A stretch of DNA of 64,000 nucleotides from Eledone cirrhosa (Eukaryota): the NCBI GenBank assembly GCA_964016885.1, contig OZ024744.1, positions 7,130,001 to 7,194,000 on the forward strand, in the 5' to 3' direction. The position numbers were made by a program, and so were the translations under genes. The notes under the pieces were generated by a model. That model made no database searches. It was not told the DNA's origin and saw only the letters and a program-made list of their open reading frames with translations. Below, piece after piece: positions 1-11,177 of the stretch; the stretch's first letter is position 1; the number at the start of each line of letters is the position of its first letter.

Positions 1-715
1 GTGTACTTCTTCTTTTAGTTGACTTACGTCTCCGAACATTTGTGTATTTATATGTAGGTATGTGTGTGCGCTTGTTATATACGTATTTATTTATTCTTAT
101 ACGTTTATATAATTATTTATTTATTTGTATACACGCATACACACACACACATATTTATATGTGCGTGGTTTTGTATACCTATGGTAAGGTTTTTCGCATG
201 CTTGTGTATGTACGTATTTGTTTGCGTGTATGTATTTATTTATTTCTATTACTTCTATATTGTATTTATTTACTTTGTTATTAACTCTGTAGCGGAGATT
301 CATTTGGTCTCCTAGTTAGAATTTTAGTCTACGACTTCTGCTATACCATTTATGTGGTTTCGTCTTGGCGTGCTATTGTCCTCCACGCTCCACATATGAA
401 GTATTATCTTCGTTTTTTCGTTCATTGCCAGAGAACGTCTCTATGCACCACCTAAGAGAACATTAGCCTACGACCTCTTTTATACCGTAATTGTTTTTCA
501 CCGTTCCTATAAATGACGTATTATTCGTTTTTTTCCGTTCTTTGCCAGCGAACGATTCCACGAACCAATGTATCGTCTTCCTGTCTTCCTCCGGTTGCAA
601 CGTTTTTTGAAATATCCAGTTCTGCGTTTACAGATTGACTTTGTTAGTTTCAGAAGATCCCGTTAAGGGTGAAAGCAGCGATTCTTTGCTTAAACTTTAA
701 TCTGTTATTTTAATA
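1..715 (+). mobile_element. 3' UTR/pseudo-LTR of a Penelope-like element (CAGA-hammerhead family), truncated by window start
   Basis: Reverse-complement copy of ~16840-17570. Ends in an HHR-like motif, AATAAA (713-718) and a (TA)n tract. Confidence 0.75.
630..705 (+). ncRNA. Type I hammerhead-like ribozyme, variant core CAGAAGA
   Basis: agttt-CAGAAGA-tCCC gttaa GGGt-GAAA-GCAG cgattct TTGC-TT-aaact. Distal stem I acagattga(630-638)/ttaatctgt(697-705). Confidence 0.7.
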
Positions 716-820
716 AATATATATATATTATATATATATATATATTATATATATATATATTATATATATATATATTATATATATATATTATATATATATA
801 TATAATATATATTATATATA

Positions 821-902
<82 letters not shown>

Positions 903-934
903 TATACATATATATATATTAATATATATATAAT

Positions 935-982
<48 letters not shown>

Positions 983-1062
983 TAATATATATATATATAT
1001 AATATATATATATATAATATATATATATATATTTATATATATAATATATATATATATATAAT

Positions 1063-1144
<82 letters not shown>

Positions 1145-1231
1145 ATATATATTACATATATATATATATATATATTACATATATATATATATTATATATA
1201 TATATATATTATATATATATATATATATATA

Positions 1232-1282
<51 letters not shown>

Positions 1283-1305
1283 ATATATTAAATATATATA
1301 TATAT

Positions 1306-1337
<32 letters not shown>

Positions 1338-1427
1338 ATATATATTATATATATATATTATATATATATATTATATATAAATATATATATATATCTATAT
1401 ATTATATATATATATATTATATATATA

Positions 1428-1505
<78 letters not shown>

Positions 1506-1538
1506 ATTATATATATATATGTAATATATATATATATA

Positions 1539-1592
<54 letters not shown>

Positions 1593-1626
1593 ATATATAT
1601 TTATATGTAATATATATATATATATA

Positions 1627-1696
<70 letters not shown>

Positions 1697-1807
1697 ATAT
1701 ATATTACATATATATATATATATATATTACATATATATATATATTATATAATATATATATTATTAATATATATATATATATATAATAATATATATATATA
1801 TATATAT
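716..1807. repeat. Imperfect (TA)n microsatellite, ~1.1 kb
   Basis: Direct reading; runs into the assembly gap. Confidence 0.98.
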
Positions 1808-2007
1808 NNNNNNNNNNNNNNNNNNNNNNNNNNNNNNNNNNNNNNNNNNNNNNNNNNNNNNNNNNNNNNNNNNNNNNNNNNNNNNNNNNNNNNNNNNNNN
1901 NNNNNNNNNNNNNNNNNNNNNNNNNNNNNNNNNNNNNNNNNNNNNNNNNNNNNNNNNNNNNNNNNNNNNNNNNNNNNNNNNNNNNNNNNNNNNNNNNNNN
2001 NNNNNNN
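1808..2007. other. Assembly gap (200 N)
   Basis: Run of N. Confidence 1.
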
Positions 2008-2080
<73 letters not shown>

Positions 2081-2660
2081 GTGCGTGTGTGTGTGCGTGT
2101 GTCTGTGAGTTTGAATCCCTAAAACTCGAGAAGTACCCAACCGATTTTTTTAAAACTTTACATGTGTATTACTTATGTTTCAGGGAGTGTTATGCACATA
2201 ACAATTCAACTTTCTGATCCCCTAGGGCCCGCATTAGGTGAAAAATTGCGTTTTAAATGCTTTTTATGGGGTTTTTTTAGGCGTTACGTGAGACCGATTT
2301 CCTTGAAATTGTAACTATGTATTAGTCAGTCTCTTCTTCATAGCAAAAGAAAATCCAACTTTTTTATGGCCTAGGACCCGCATTAGGTGAAACACTTTTT
2401 TCAGCTTTTTAGGGCTTTTTGGAGGCGTTACGCACATAAAAAAAATTCATTTTCTTGATCCCCTAGGGCCCGCATTAGGTGAAAACCTGCATTTTCCTGC
2501 TTCATCGAGGAAAATATTAAAGATTATCCAGCCATCAGAGTATTTGGTTTATTTTCTTTACATATTGTCCAGGCATGCAGTTTTTCCACGATTAGGTCTG
2601 TTGGCGGCCCGCGTTCCAAAATACCTTATCCCGTGCCACGCCGGGTACCACTGCCAGTAT
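2008..2660 (+). mobile_element. Non-autonomous Helitron-like element, 5' end lost in gap
   Basis: (GT)n near 5' part. Internal subrepeat ctagggcccgcattaggtgaaa at ~2222, 2371, 2463. 3' GC hairpin cccgtgccacgccggg followed by CCAG-T (degenerate CTAG|T). Confidence 0.6.
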
Positions 2661-2689
2661 TATATAAAATTAAGTACATCCTCGCCCCT

Positions 2690-3075
2690 TCAATCATAAT
2701 TGAGCATGCTTCCTATAAAACGTGCAAGGTAATTTTGTAGATAACCATCATTTACTCATGATATAGGTTTACTCTCGCCAGATCACATATGTTGCCCGAG
2801 GGAAAGATAAAGGACAATACAGCTTGGCACCCGTTGTCGTCACATATATGCACTGTATACACATTATATAGACTATATGCGATGTTGCCGTAAGAAATGC
2901 AATAGTTGATACAATGTGGTAGCAAAATCATCACAGATCCTTTTTTTCCAATTGAATGGAATGTAGCAATGAGAAATAATGTGTCTTGCTAAAGGACACA
3001 GCGCACCACTCAATTCGGGTATCGATCTCATGACCGTACAATTTGGAGCCCATCACACCAACCACAAAGTGACAC
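2690..3075 (-). mobile_element. Degenerate tRNA-derived SINE (same family as 5265-5515 and 31430-31630)
   Basis: Shares tacagcttggcac and gtgtcttgct(c/a)aagga motifs with 5265-5515; tRNA-like head at right end. Confidence 0.6.
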
Positions 3076-3344
3076 ACCTACAGAAAGATTCATAATTAAG
3101 AAGGCTTCAATTAAATATAAAGCTTCAAATGTTGGACTTTACTAGATATGCTAAAGTAAGGTATTTATAAGTTTATCACTTTGCTTCGTATCGATGTTAA
3201 TATTCCTATTGATCATATGGAACTCTCGTCTTTCCCATTGATAAAAGTATTTGTTGTCGACATTTCTTGTAGGAATCGTCACATATTTGCCAATAACGGA
3301 CGAGTGTATTTCAACTCAGAACAGATTCCATATTATCGACCTAG

Positions 3345-3535
3345 AAATATTGGGAATAGGAAGAGGAAGGTGGATTAAATCCACCTCAGTACATTACAGG
3401 TACCTTATCGACCCTGCAAGGATGAAAGGCAAAGCTTAAACTCAGCAGGATTTGAACTCAAATTGTAAAGGGACATAACCCTATACGATAAAGCATGGTG
3501 CCCGACGCTCTACCGATACCGCCACTTCACCGACG
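3345..3535 (-). mobile_element. tRNA-derived SINE (family B)
   Basis: ttatcgaccc...ggatgaaaggcaaag...ggatttgaactca (B box, reverse) ...ctctaccgataccgcca (A box, reverse); same as copies at 15.1, 15.4, 22.4, 30.6 and 37.1 kb. Confidence 0.8.
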
Positions 3536-3788
3536 TTATCGACCTACAAATATTAAAGGCAAATTTGACATAAGTAGGACTTTAATTGAAAGCCTTCACA
3601 GTTAGAACAGATGTCGCAAAACATTCTTTCGCTTGCTCTACCATTTCCCCCAATCTACCTCAACTGAAACTACATTTATCCACCCCATAACGATGACGTC
3701 GGCGGTGGTTGTATTTGAATTAAGATGGCGGAGGGTGGAACAAATACCTCACAACAATCTAGCTGACACTTTAAACACTCCACTAATA

Positions 3789-3791
<3 letters not shown>

Positions 3792-3872
<81 letters not shown>

Positions 3873-4055
3873 CTCTCATTCTCTTTGTCAATCTCCCCCC
3901 CTCTCTTTCTCTCTCTTCCTCTCTCTTTCTCTCTCTCTCTCTCAATCTACCATTATCTTTTTCTCTTTTTCTCTTTAATAATCTTTCTCCCATTCTCTTT
4001 CTTTTTGTCAATCTCTCTCTCCCTCTCTTTCTGCCCCCCCCCTCTCTATCTCTTA
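3792..4055. repeat. (CT)n microsatellite / polypyrimidine tract
   Basis: Direct reading. Confidence 0.95.
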
Positions 4056-4339
4056 TGAGTGAAAATCTCCAATGAAAGTGTTAACTTGCGTGGCTATACT
4101 ATTAAAATCATGGCAGATGGATTGTAGGGCAGCTGTACTAATATAATTATTTACACAAACTACTAACAACAATGGAAACAATTGGCTGAAATCTCATGAC
4201 ATTGTTCACACAAATCAGCATGAACACAAATCGAATCTACTTTAAACATAACGAGGGGGAACAAAGAGACATTAAAACAGATCTTCGATTAGCAAGAACA
4301 ATATATATCACTGGACCCGCCTTTATTAATGAGAAGAGC

Positions 4340-4545
4340 AGATATGCTCTTAAGTGTGCTTAACAAGTTCGCTTCATCAATGCTTGGCTATGGGTTCGAT
4401 CTAACTGAGTGGCACTTTGGGCAAATATCAAGTCCCGTCAAGTGGAACTTCTTCCTAGTTAGGGAGTTCATGGATGAAAAGAAGCATGGGCGACGTTCTT
4501 GCGCTTCAGAGTTACCCATACAGAGGAGAACAAAAAAGTGTTTTA
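4340..4545 (+). mobile_element. Degenerate tRNA-derived SINE
   Basis: B-box-like gggttcgatct followed by gtggcactttgggcaa, typical of tRNA-SINE bodies. Confidence 0.45.
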
Positions 4546-4571
4546 GTGTACTTCTGTGGTTTTGCATCTAT

Positions 4572-4620
<49 letters not shown>

Positions 4621-4622
<2 letters not shown>

Positions 4623-5260
4623 CGAAGAGTGGATAATAGGAAAATGTTTGACACCGACGGCAGAGCTCAAGCTGTTTCGACGGCTATTTCTGGACTAAAT
4701 TAGAATTTTTAGCGTGGTAAATAAATAGCCGAACTTTTCAAGGGGTAATTCCTTATATGGGAAGATTGTAGTTGTCAAGAGGATTGGTCAAAATTTCTTG
4801 TAAACACAATTAAGTCTATCATGGCAGTGGGTGGGAGGTGGAGGTGGCTGAACTTGCTGTGGAACAATGATGTAGTGGGTGGGGCTGGTCAACCTTTGAA
4901 AGTGAATTCTATATAGAAAATTCTAAGGATAGTGTGTGAAACTAGGCCAGAGGAAGTAGGCGAACAAGTATTCTGGAGAAAATAGAGAAGGGACTTTATA
5001 GAATAGGTAAATCAATTGAGATTAGAAGATAATAAATAAGAGAAAAATATATAAAAATATAAAATTGGATGGTAAGAAGTGATAACAAAACTGTAGAGTC
5101 TAAAACAGCTGCTATATTTAGTTGGTGTTGCGTTTTCGGCCAATGCTATAGAATAGGTTAATAACTTGAGGATAGAAGATACTAAATAAATACAAATATT
5201 TTGAAATTATAGAATTGGGTAGTAAAAAGTAATACAAAAACTCTGGGGTCTAATTTACTG
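4621..5260 (-). mobile_element. PLE-type non-coding terminal fragment with hammerhead
   Basis: Abuts (TA)n; HHR near its 3' end; related to 6613-6835 and 35470-35530. Confidence 0.55.
4651..4746 (-). ncRNA. Type I hammerhead ribozyme, U3-A8 core, long stem II
   Basis: Minus strand: acccc-TTGAAAA-GttCGGCTATTT..33 nt..AAATAGCCGtC-GAAAC-agc ttgagctct gcc-GTC-ggtgt. Sister copies read acggct..agccgtc-ggggt, perfecting stems III and I. Confidence 0.75.
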
Positions 5261-5264
5261 GGGT

Positions 5265-5515
5265 GGGGTACTGAGGCTAAAAAAGCCCGATGTTTGTTGA
5301 AGACCAACAGTCGTCCATACATACCAGTCTACTCCCTCCACGCCACCAGTGTTATCCAAGCGATAGGCAATGGCTGGTACAACTTGGCACCAGTGACATC
5401 GCAACACATTTCTACAGCTGAGTGAACTGGAGCAACGTGAAATAAAGTGTCTTGCTCAAGGAAACAACGCATAACCCGGTCCGAGAATCGAACCCCCCCC
5501 CCCCACGATTACCAG
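5265..5515 (-). mobile_element. tRNA-derived SINE (family A, OK-like)
   Basis: gctgagtgaactggagcaacgtgaaataaagtgtcttgctcaagg...gaatcgaacc (reverse B box). Confidence 0.75.
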
Positions 5516-5554
5516 CTCCTCGCGTCTTCACGGGTTCTGTAACCATTTTATTTC

Positions 5555-5641
5555 CATATAACAATTGTTTCAATATCGATCACCTCGGATGTGATCAAGG
5601 CGATCGAAGCCCGACTCATCTTCGACATCTCCTCAGATACG
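5555..5641 (-). ncRNA. Type I hammerhead ribozyme, canonical core, expanded stem II
   Basis: Minus: cgtat-CTGAGGA-gATGTCGA..~42 nt..TCGATATt-GAAAC-aatt-GTT-atatg. Stem III is the palindrome ACAATTGT. Confidence 0.75.
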
Positions 5642-5770
5642 TTAGTTTATATGCGCCAACAGCGCCAAGTTTTCCGATCAGCGTGCTGTAAGTAACCGCA
5701 AGCCACTCACCTAAATAACCTATATAAACATATGTCCCAGTACGGACTTCTGTTGTCGTTTTAAATATAC

Positions 5771-5832
<62 letters not shown>

Positions 5833-5835
<3 letters not shown>

Positions 5836-6181
5836 CGCAATAGTAATTGCCTAAACACGAGAAGTGAATTTTTCACACGTTGTCCACACGTCACCAAACA
5901 TCTATTACATAACTACAAGGCTCCAGACTGATTCTTTGTAATTTTATTTTTAATTTTGTTATTTTATTTTCAACCTAAAAACTTTCCGGACTTTCGCAGT
6001 TATCTCCCTTACACCTCCCGCACGCAGTCTAGTATTGCCTGTGTGAAGTGACCGAGTTTCTGCGAATGCGCGTTCGTACGGTTGTCCTTCCTGTTCCTAT
6101 AACCATACACATCCCGAGCTGAAGATCCGCGAAGGTGAAACAATTGTTCTCGGTATTGTGAACTGACTGTTGTGTAACCAC

Positions 6182-6185
<4 letters not shown>
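5833..6185 (+). mobile_element. Short non-coding HHR-bearing element flanked by (TA)n on both sides (PLE 3' end or retrozyme-like)
   Basis: ~350 bp unique sequence between (TA)n tracts with a canonical HHR ~30 bp from its 3' end. Confidence 0.6.
6114..6153 (+). ncRNA. Minimal type I hammerhead ribozyme
   Basis: CCGAG-CTGAAGA-tCC gcgaa GGt-GAAAC-aatt-GTT-CTCGG; perfect stem I and palindromic stem III. Confidence 0.85.
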
Positions 6186-6217
<32 letters not shown>

Positions 6218-6399
6218 CACCTGCAACTCTGATGGTATCCAATGTTGACTTGTTCTTGTTTTTGGTAAATATCATCTTAGTTAAGAGAGTGTGACTGGAT
6301 TTGTGCAGTGCCTTTGCTAACTATAAAAGCTTCACGGCAGAGGCATTGCTTTATACATGGAGATCTCTCTGCACTTGTCGTCACATGGTACCATGGGCC

Positions 6400-6560
6400 C
6401 AGCACTATGTGTCAGTAATTGTCACAAGCGTAGTCTTTGTACCGGAGTTTTCAAGTCGCTGGCTGGACTAAAAAGTCACACTTGTTCAGCGCATCGGTAG
6501 GGGTTCTGCTACATGGATATAAAGTAGTGGCCGTACTCGAAAACGAGTTAGCACCCACCA
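6400..6560 (+). mobile_element. RTE-type LINE 3' end
   Basis: Frame ..LCTGVFKSLAGLKSHTCSAHR* resembles a degenerate C-terminal C2H2-like finger. Followed by hairpin ctcgaaaacgag and a (TGTA)n tail. Confidence 0.5.
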
Positions 6561-6578
6561 TGTATGTATGTATGTATG

Positions 6579-6612
<34 letters not shown>

Positions 6613-6615
<3 letters not shown>

Positions 6616-6830
6616 CGGAAGAAATGTGGTAAGGAACCAGGTGGACCATAACGCACCAAAGTACTCAATACTTAGGGTAGTAGAGTGGGTAATAGGAACG
6701 AGTAGGACCCCGACGGCTGAGCTCAAGCCGTTTCGACGGCTAATTCTGGATGTCTAATTCTCGACGGCTAATTCAGTCCAGAATTAGCCGTCGAAACGGC
6801 TTGAGCTCAGCCGTCGGGGTCCTACTCGTT

Positions 6831-6835
<5 letters not shown>
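6613..6835. mobile_element. Tiny fold-back PLE terminus (two inverted HHR 3' halves)
   Basis: 59-bp perfect inverted arms 6692-6750 / 6777-6835, each containing GAAACGGCTTGAGCTCAGCCGTC-GGGGT; flanked by (TA)n. Confidence 0.7.
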
Positions 6836-6901
<66 letters not shown>

Positions 6902-7759
6902 GTAAAATTTGAGTATTCTCACCGCGAAAGGTAGCTGTTGCCAACTGTATACTATGTGCATAGTAAAATATTTGGGTTAAGATATAACCACAAATCAAAC
7001 GGAGAGCGTGAGATAGAGAAAGAGAGGGGGTGAGAATGAGAGATGAGGGGGTTATATAGAGAGATGGGGAGAAAGAAAGAAAGAGGGAGTGAGAGAGAGA
7101 GAGAGAGTAGAGGAGAGGAGAAAATTGGATCGGAACAATGGAGAGATAGATATCAGGATGGAGTAAAATATTAACAAGAACAAGGTACCTAACGTTATTT
7201 AGATCATCAGGTCCCTATCAATAATTAGTGATATCACAACATAGATTCACACATTAGTGGGGGGGGGGGAACTATGTCTAGACAAGTCTAGAAGTAACGA
7301 CTGCACAACAGGGATCTCTGATTTGCCTATCTGCTGGGTCATTTCTATGTTTAGATATTATTTTAATTTCTATGTTGTCTATGTTACCGTCAATAAATAA
7401 ATAAATAAATAAACATTAAATAAAGATGGCGTAGCCATACAATACAGCAGGAGGAAACATAATAGCACCACAGTCGATGTTGCAGATGTGCACACGAAAA
7501 AACTTTGTTAGACTATTTATGTGTTTGTGTCTATATTATATCTGTATTTTTGACCGTTGGTCAGTCAATGGTAATCATTGAGGACCGAATAAATTGACTG
7601 ATATAAAAAAAACAGAAGCGAAAACCAACCAAACAGTGAGTGTGTTCTGTTATTAATTCTGGCAATATTACACAAATATGACCCTCCCCAAGTATAACAA
7701 TATTTGTTTCGACACACGATTTCATATCAAAAACCTCTCAAAATAAATTCATCGCTGTC

Positions 7760-7824
<65 letters not shown>

Positions 7825-7950
7825 CCTTTCCGCCCTTGCCTTCTATCTTTACACATGGCACTAGACAAGATTGTTTCTTTATCATCCACTCTCATCCCGG
7901 AACAGTTCGTAATTTGAACTCGGGAATTTTATATTCTCCGAGCGAGAAGA

Positions 7951-8034
7951 ACCCTCATATGAGAGTCTCCTTCTCAATGGTAGTCCGCATGGATTATCTA
8001 TTTATTTTGAGACTTGAAACCGCGCGGTAGGGGT
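7951..8034 (+). ncRNA. Degenerate hammerhead-like motif (core CATATGA)
   Basis: ACCCT-catatga-GAGTCTC..GAGACTT-GAAA-CCGCGCGG-TA-GGGGT. All three stems form but the core has U4A and G5U. Confidence 0.55.
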
Positions 8035-8427
8035 AAATATAGTAAGTACAGTAAACTTTTTAAAATTTATTTTTAAACTTTTTCTCTATATGCTAAACCT
8101 TGATTATATATGTTTTGGCTCGTTAATTTATTAACCTGCCATAGAACCACATTGGCATACGGTTGGATAATACATGTGTCCCTATATGTATTTTTTGCAC
8201 GTAGGAAAAGATACTTTATTATTATATATATATATAAGGTTTTAACCTCATCTCGTAGCGGATAAAAAAATTTGTCCGGGAAAGACGACCCTAACACCGG
8301 CCAGAGTTACCTCGCTTGACCTGCTGCAAAATCAAAACAAGCTATTTTTGCGAGCAATGAACCTTGACGTGGATTTAACCCCCAAAACGCTTTCCGAGCA
8401 ATGTAAGGAACACTTTTGATTATTTAT

Positions 8428-8467
8428 GCCCTTGAGAAACCCAACTGGGCGAAACGTACGTAGGTGC
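8428..8467 (+). ncRNA. Minimal hammerhead, U3-A8 core (TTGAGAA)
   Basis: gccc-TTGAGAA-aCCC aact GGGc-GAAAC-gtac-GTA-ggtgc; palindrome ACGTACGT; AATAAA downstream. Confidence 0.6.
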
Positions 8468-8525
8468 TGTTTTAAATAAACATGTTTTAACGGTATATTC
8501 TTCGATTTCTTATATTCCCACGTGT

Positions 8526-8557
<32 letters not shown>

Positions 8558-8917
8558 AGATTTCCAAATAAGGGCGCGAAAATTTAATGAAAACTTGTTC
8601 ACGTGACAGCCATAATATCATTTATAACGAATCAAATTACGTTTATTTAAAAAAACCCTTCGTGAGCCCCCTTTTTTAAGTAAAAAGAAATTCAAACACT
8701 CATATATGAAAAAAACAACCTATGCCCCCCCCCCCCCCCCTGTTTGAAGAACTTTGTAACGCGAACTGGTGCCAAATTTATTATAATTATTGACCAACCA
8801 ATCAAATTACTTCTCTAAAAACCTGGCGTTTCGAGCCACTTTTTTCCATATAAAACAAGTAACATTCAGAAACCAACCAGATGTGAGAAAAACCACAGAC
8901 CCTCCATCTCAACTCTA

Positions 8918-8953
8918 CTTTTGAAAAGCAGAAGAACTGCGAAACCGGTAAAG
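8918..8953 (+). ncRNA. Minimal hammerhead, U3-A8 core (TTGAAAA)
   Basis: ctt-TTGAAAA-GCAG aagaa CTGC-GAAA-CCG-GTA-aag; palindrome ACCGGT; followed by AATAAA and (TA)n. Confidence 0.75.
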
Positions 8954-9109
8954 GAACCAAATAAATATATATATATTTTTTTAAATAAGACACCAGTTGC
9001 ATTTTCGATTTCATCTTTTTTCTTTATACTTTCACTCGTGTAGGACACCTCGGTTATTTTTAATTTTGTAAAAAAAACCTCACTTTCTAATATATATATA
9101 TATATATAT

Positions 9110-9277
9110 AAGAAAATGCTGACAAACTGTTCCCAGTGAAAAATAGTTTAATTAGGAATAAGTAAAAATTAGTAATAGTATTGGTTAGTATTCAGTTTTG
9201 GTTGTTTTACCGGTTGCGCATTTCTAATGCTTTTCAAAAATAATTTTGAGATAGAGCGCCCGTGATGCTTGCTCTAA

Positions 9278-9280
<3 letters not shown>
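9110..9280 (-). mobile_element. Solo terminal fragment of the PLE at 18070-20085, with GCAA-variant HHR (9205-9240)
   Basis: Near-identical to ~18085-18265; flanked by (TA)n and (CT)n(TA)n. Confidence 0.75.
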
Positions 9281-9359
<79 letters not shown>

Positions 9360-9551
9360 AGGGTGTTAAAGTTTGCTTGAAGCATTGTGAAATGTGTAAA
9401 ATACGTAGTTTAGAAAGCCACAACAATGCAGATGGGAAATCTCGAGGTAGGAAGTAAATGATAGATAGGAGAAATCGGAGAAAGTGAAAATTGAGAGAGA
9501 CAAAGATGAAAACAAAACAAAGGTAGAAGGGTTACCGTAGTGGAGATTTAA

Positions 9552-9588
9552 TCCCAATATTTCGGGCTCACGCCCATCAACGGGGGAA
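9552..9588 (-). ncRNA. Hammerhead-like motif, variant core CCGTTGA
   Basis: Reverse complement of 11505-11541, identical. Confidence 0.55.
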
Positions 9589-10190
9589 AGTTCCAAAAAG
9601 GGGGGAACAGGCTAAGCCGGAGAAAGTTGTGATGTCGTTAAAACAGGAATGCCGTTATGGGGAGAAAATTTAAATTAGGGAAAGAATGCGCGTGCGCGTG
9701 ATAGGCTGTGGCAAAAGCTACTGACCAAATGGGTTAAATCAAGAGGGTGCGCTAGCGTGTGAAAGCCGTAAAATATGTGTGTGTAAATATATATGTGTGT
9801 GTAACTGTGTGTGTATATGTGTAAGTGTGTATATGTGTGAGTGTGTGTGTGTGTGAAAGATGGGCTGTAGAAGCTGGAAATCAAAGGGTGTGAAAGGTGG
9901 TAGGTTGTAAAATATGTGTGCGTGTATAAATATAGATGTGTATGCGTATGGGTATATATGTGTGTGTAACTGTGTGTGTATATGTATAAGTGTGTATATG
10001 TGTGAGTGCGTGTGTGTGTGAAAGATAGTGGGCTGTAGAAGCTGGAAATCAAAGGGTGTGAAAGGTGGTAGGTTGTAAAAACATGTGTGCGTGTATAAAT
10101 ATAGATGTGTGTGTGTATGCGTATGGGTATGCATATACGTGCGTGTGTGTGAAAATAGCAGGCCGTAAGGGCTGTGAATGGTCACTAAGG

Positions 10191-11177
10191 TTAAATTAGC
10201 CATGTCAGCTCATTTCTCTCAGCGCGGTTGTTAAGTGGGGGTCTGAGGTTCTTAATAACAAGTGCTTCCTTTATCCTTAAGGATCCGATGCTGCGTTCAG
10301 TCGCTAGGACTGTGACCAAGGGTCTACCCTGTGGGTTTCCGCATTTAAGGATGTGTTTACGGAAGGAAGATGCGTTGGTGTTGATATGCTCCTTGATACG
10401 AACATGTAGGGGTCGGATGGTGCTACCTATGTAAAACTTGTTACATTTATCGCATTGAATCTTATATACGACATAGGTGCGTAGGCAATCTGCCCCCCGT
10501 ATCGGGCAGTTGCTGAGGGAACACGTCCCATCTGACTCGTCGGGTTTGTTGGAGAGGCATCTTCGCAGCGAAGGTCCTGTGTGGGCCAAATGTATGTCAA
10601 GTCCCTCCGTCCGTATGGCCCTGCGGATGGCGTTCGTGGTATATTCACTCAGGTGGGGGATTTTAAAGAAGCACCTGCTTTTATTTAAGTTTCTAGTGGG
10701 TGTCTGTCTATTGGGTCTGGGATCTCTAATTCCGTTAATCAGTCGCTTGGGATATCCATTAGACTTGAGTAGATTACGGAATTGCGTGGTATGGGTGAGA
10801 CCACCCATCGGGTCGCTGCATCTGTTAGTGATCCGTGTCAGTTCATTTAGGACATAGCCTCTCTTAGCGTTGTTGGGGAGGGCTGAGTTGTAATGCACAA
10901 ATAAGTCCTTGCACGCTGCTTTGCGGTAGAAGGTGGTGTTTATGTCTCCTTCTTCCGAGATGTTGATACGGAAGTCGAGGAGGGCGAGTGACCCGTCTTC
11001 TCCTGTGTGTTCGATGGTGAAATCGACGTGATGGTCAGTATCGTTGAAGATTTGGTGAATTTCATTCGCCATCTCCCGGGAAGAAGTAAGTATCAGGATG
11101 TCATCAACGTATCTGGAGTAGAAGGCGACGGCGTTGGGTTGGCAGGTATTGAGTGCCTTGCGTTCCAGGTAGTCCAT
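10191..11177 (-). CDS. PLE reverse transcriptase C-terminal half plus GIY-YIG endonuclease (5'-truncated)
   Basis: FYSRYVDD catalytic motif, LALLDFRI, TTFYRK..HYNSALP thumb, Cys-rich linker, VVYKIQCDKCNKFYIGST..LHVRIKEH, IKEALVI..PPLN; 328 aa with no internal stop. Confidence 0.93.
   Translation of the reverse strand: MDYLERKALNTCQPNAVAFYSRYVDDILILTSSREMANEIHQIFNDTDHHVDFTIEHTGEDGSLALLDFRINISEEGDINTTFYRKAACKDLFVHYNSALPNNAKRGYVLNELTRITNRCSDPMGGLTHTTQFRNLLKSNGYPKRLINGIRDPRPNRQTPTRNLNKSRCFFKIPHLSEYTTNAIRRAIRTEGLDIHLAHTGPSLRRCLSNKPDESDGTCSLSNCPIRGADCLRTYVVYKIQCDKCNKFYIGSTIRPLHVRIKEHINTNASSFRKHILKCGNPQGRPLVTVLATERSIGSLRIKEALVIKNLRPPLNNRAERNELTWLI

Noticed and set aside
42-315. Short Y/I/C/V-rich ORFs here and throughout the window
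   Set aside because: Products of (TA)n/(CA)n low-complexity sequence.
7558-7602. Hairpin tcagtcaat..attgactga as a hammerhead
   Set aside because: No complete core or stem II/III arrangement could be built.
10228-10857. Antisense ORFs over the PLE RT/EN
   Set aside because: Shadow ORFs of the real minus-strand frame with no recognisable motifs.
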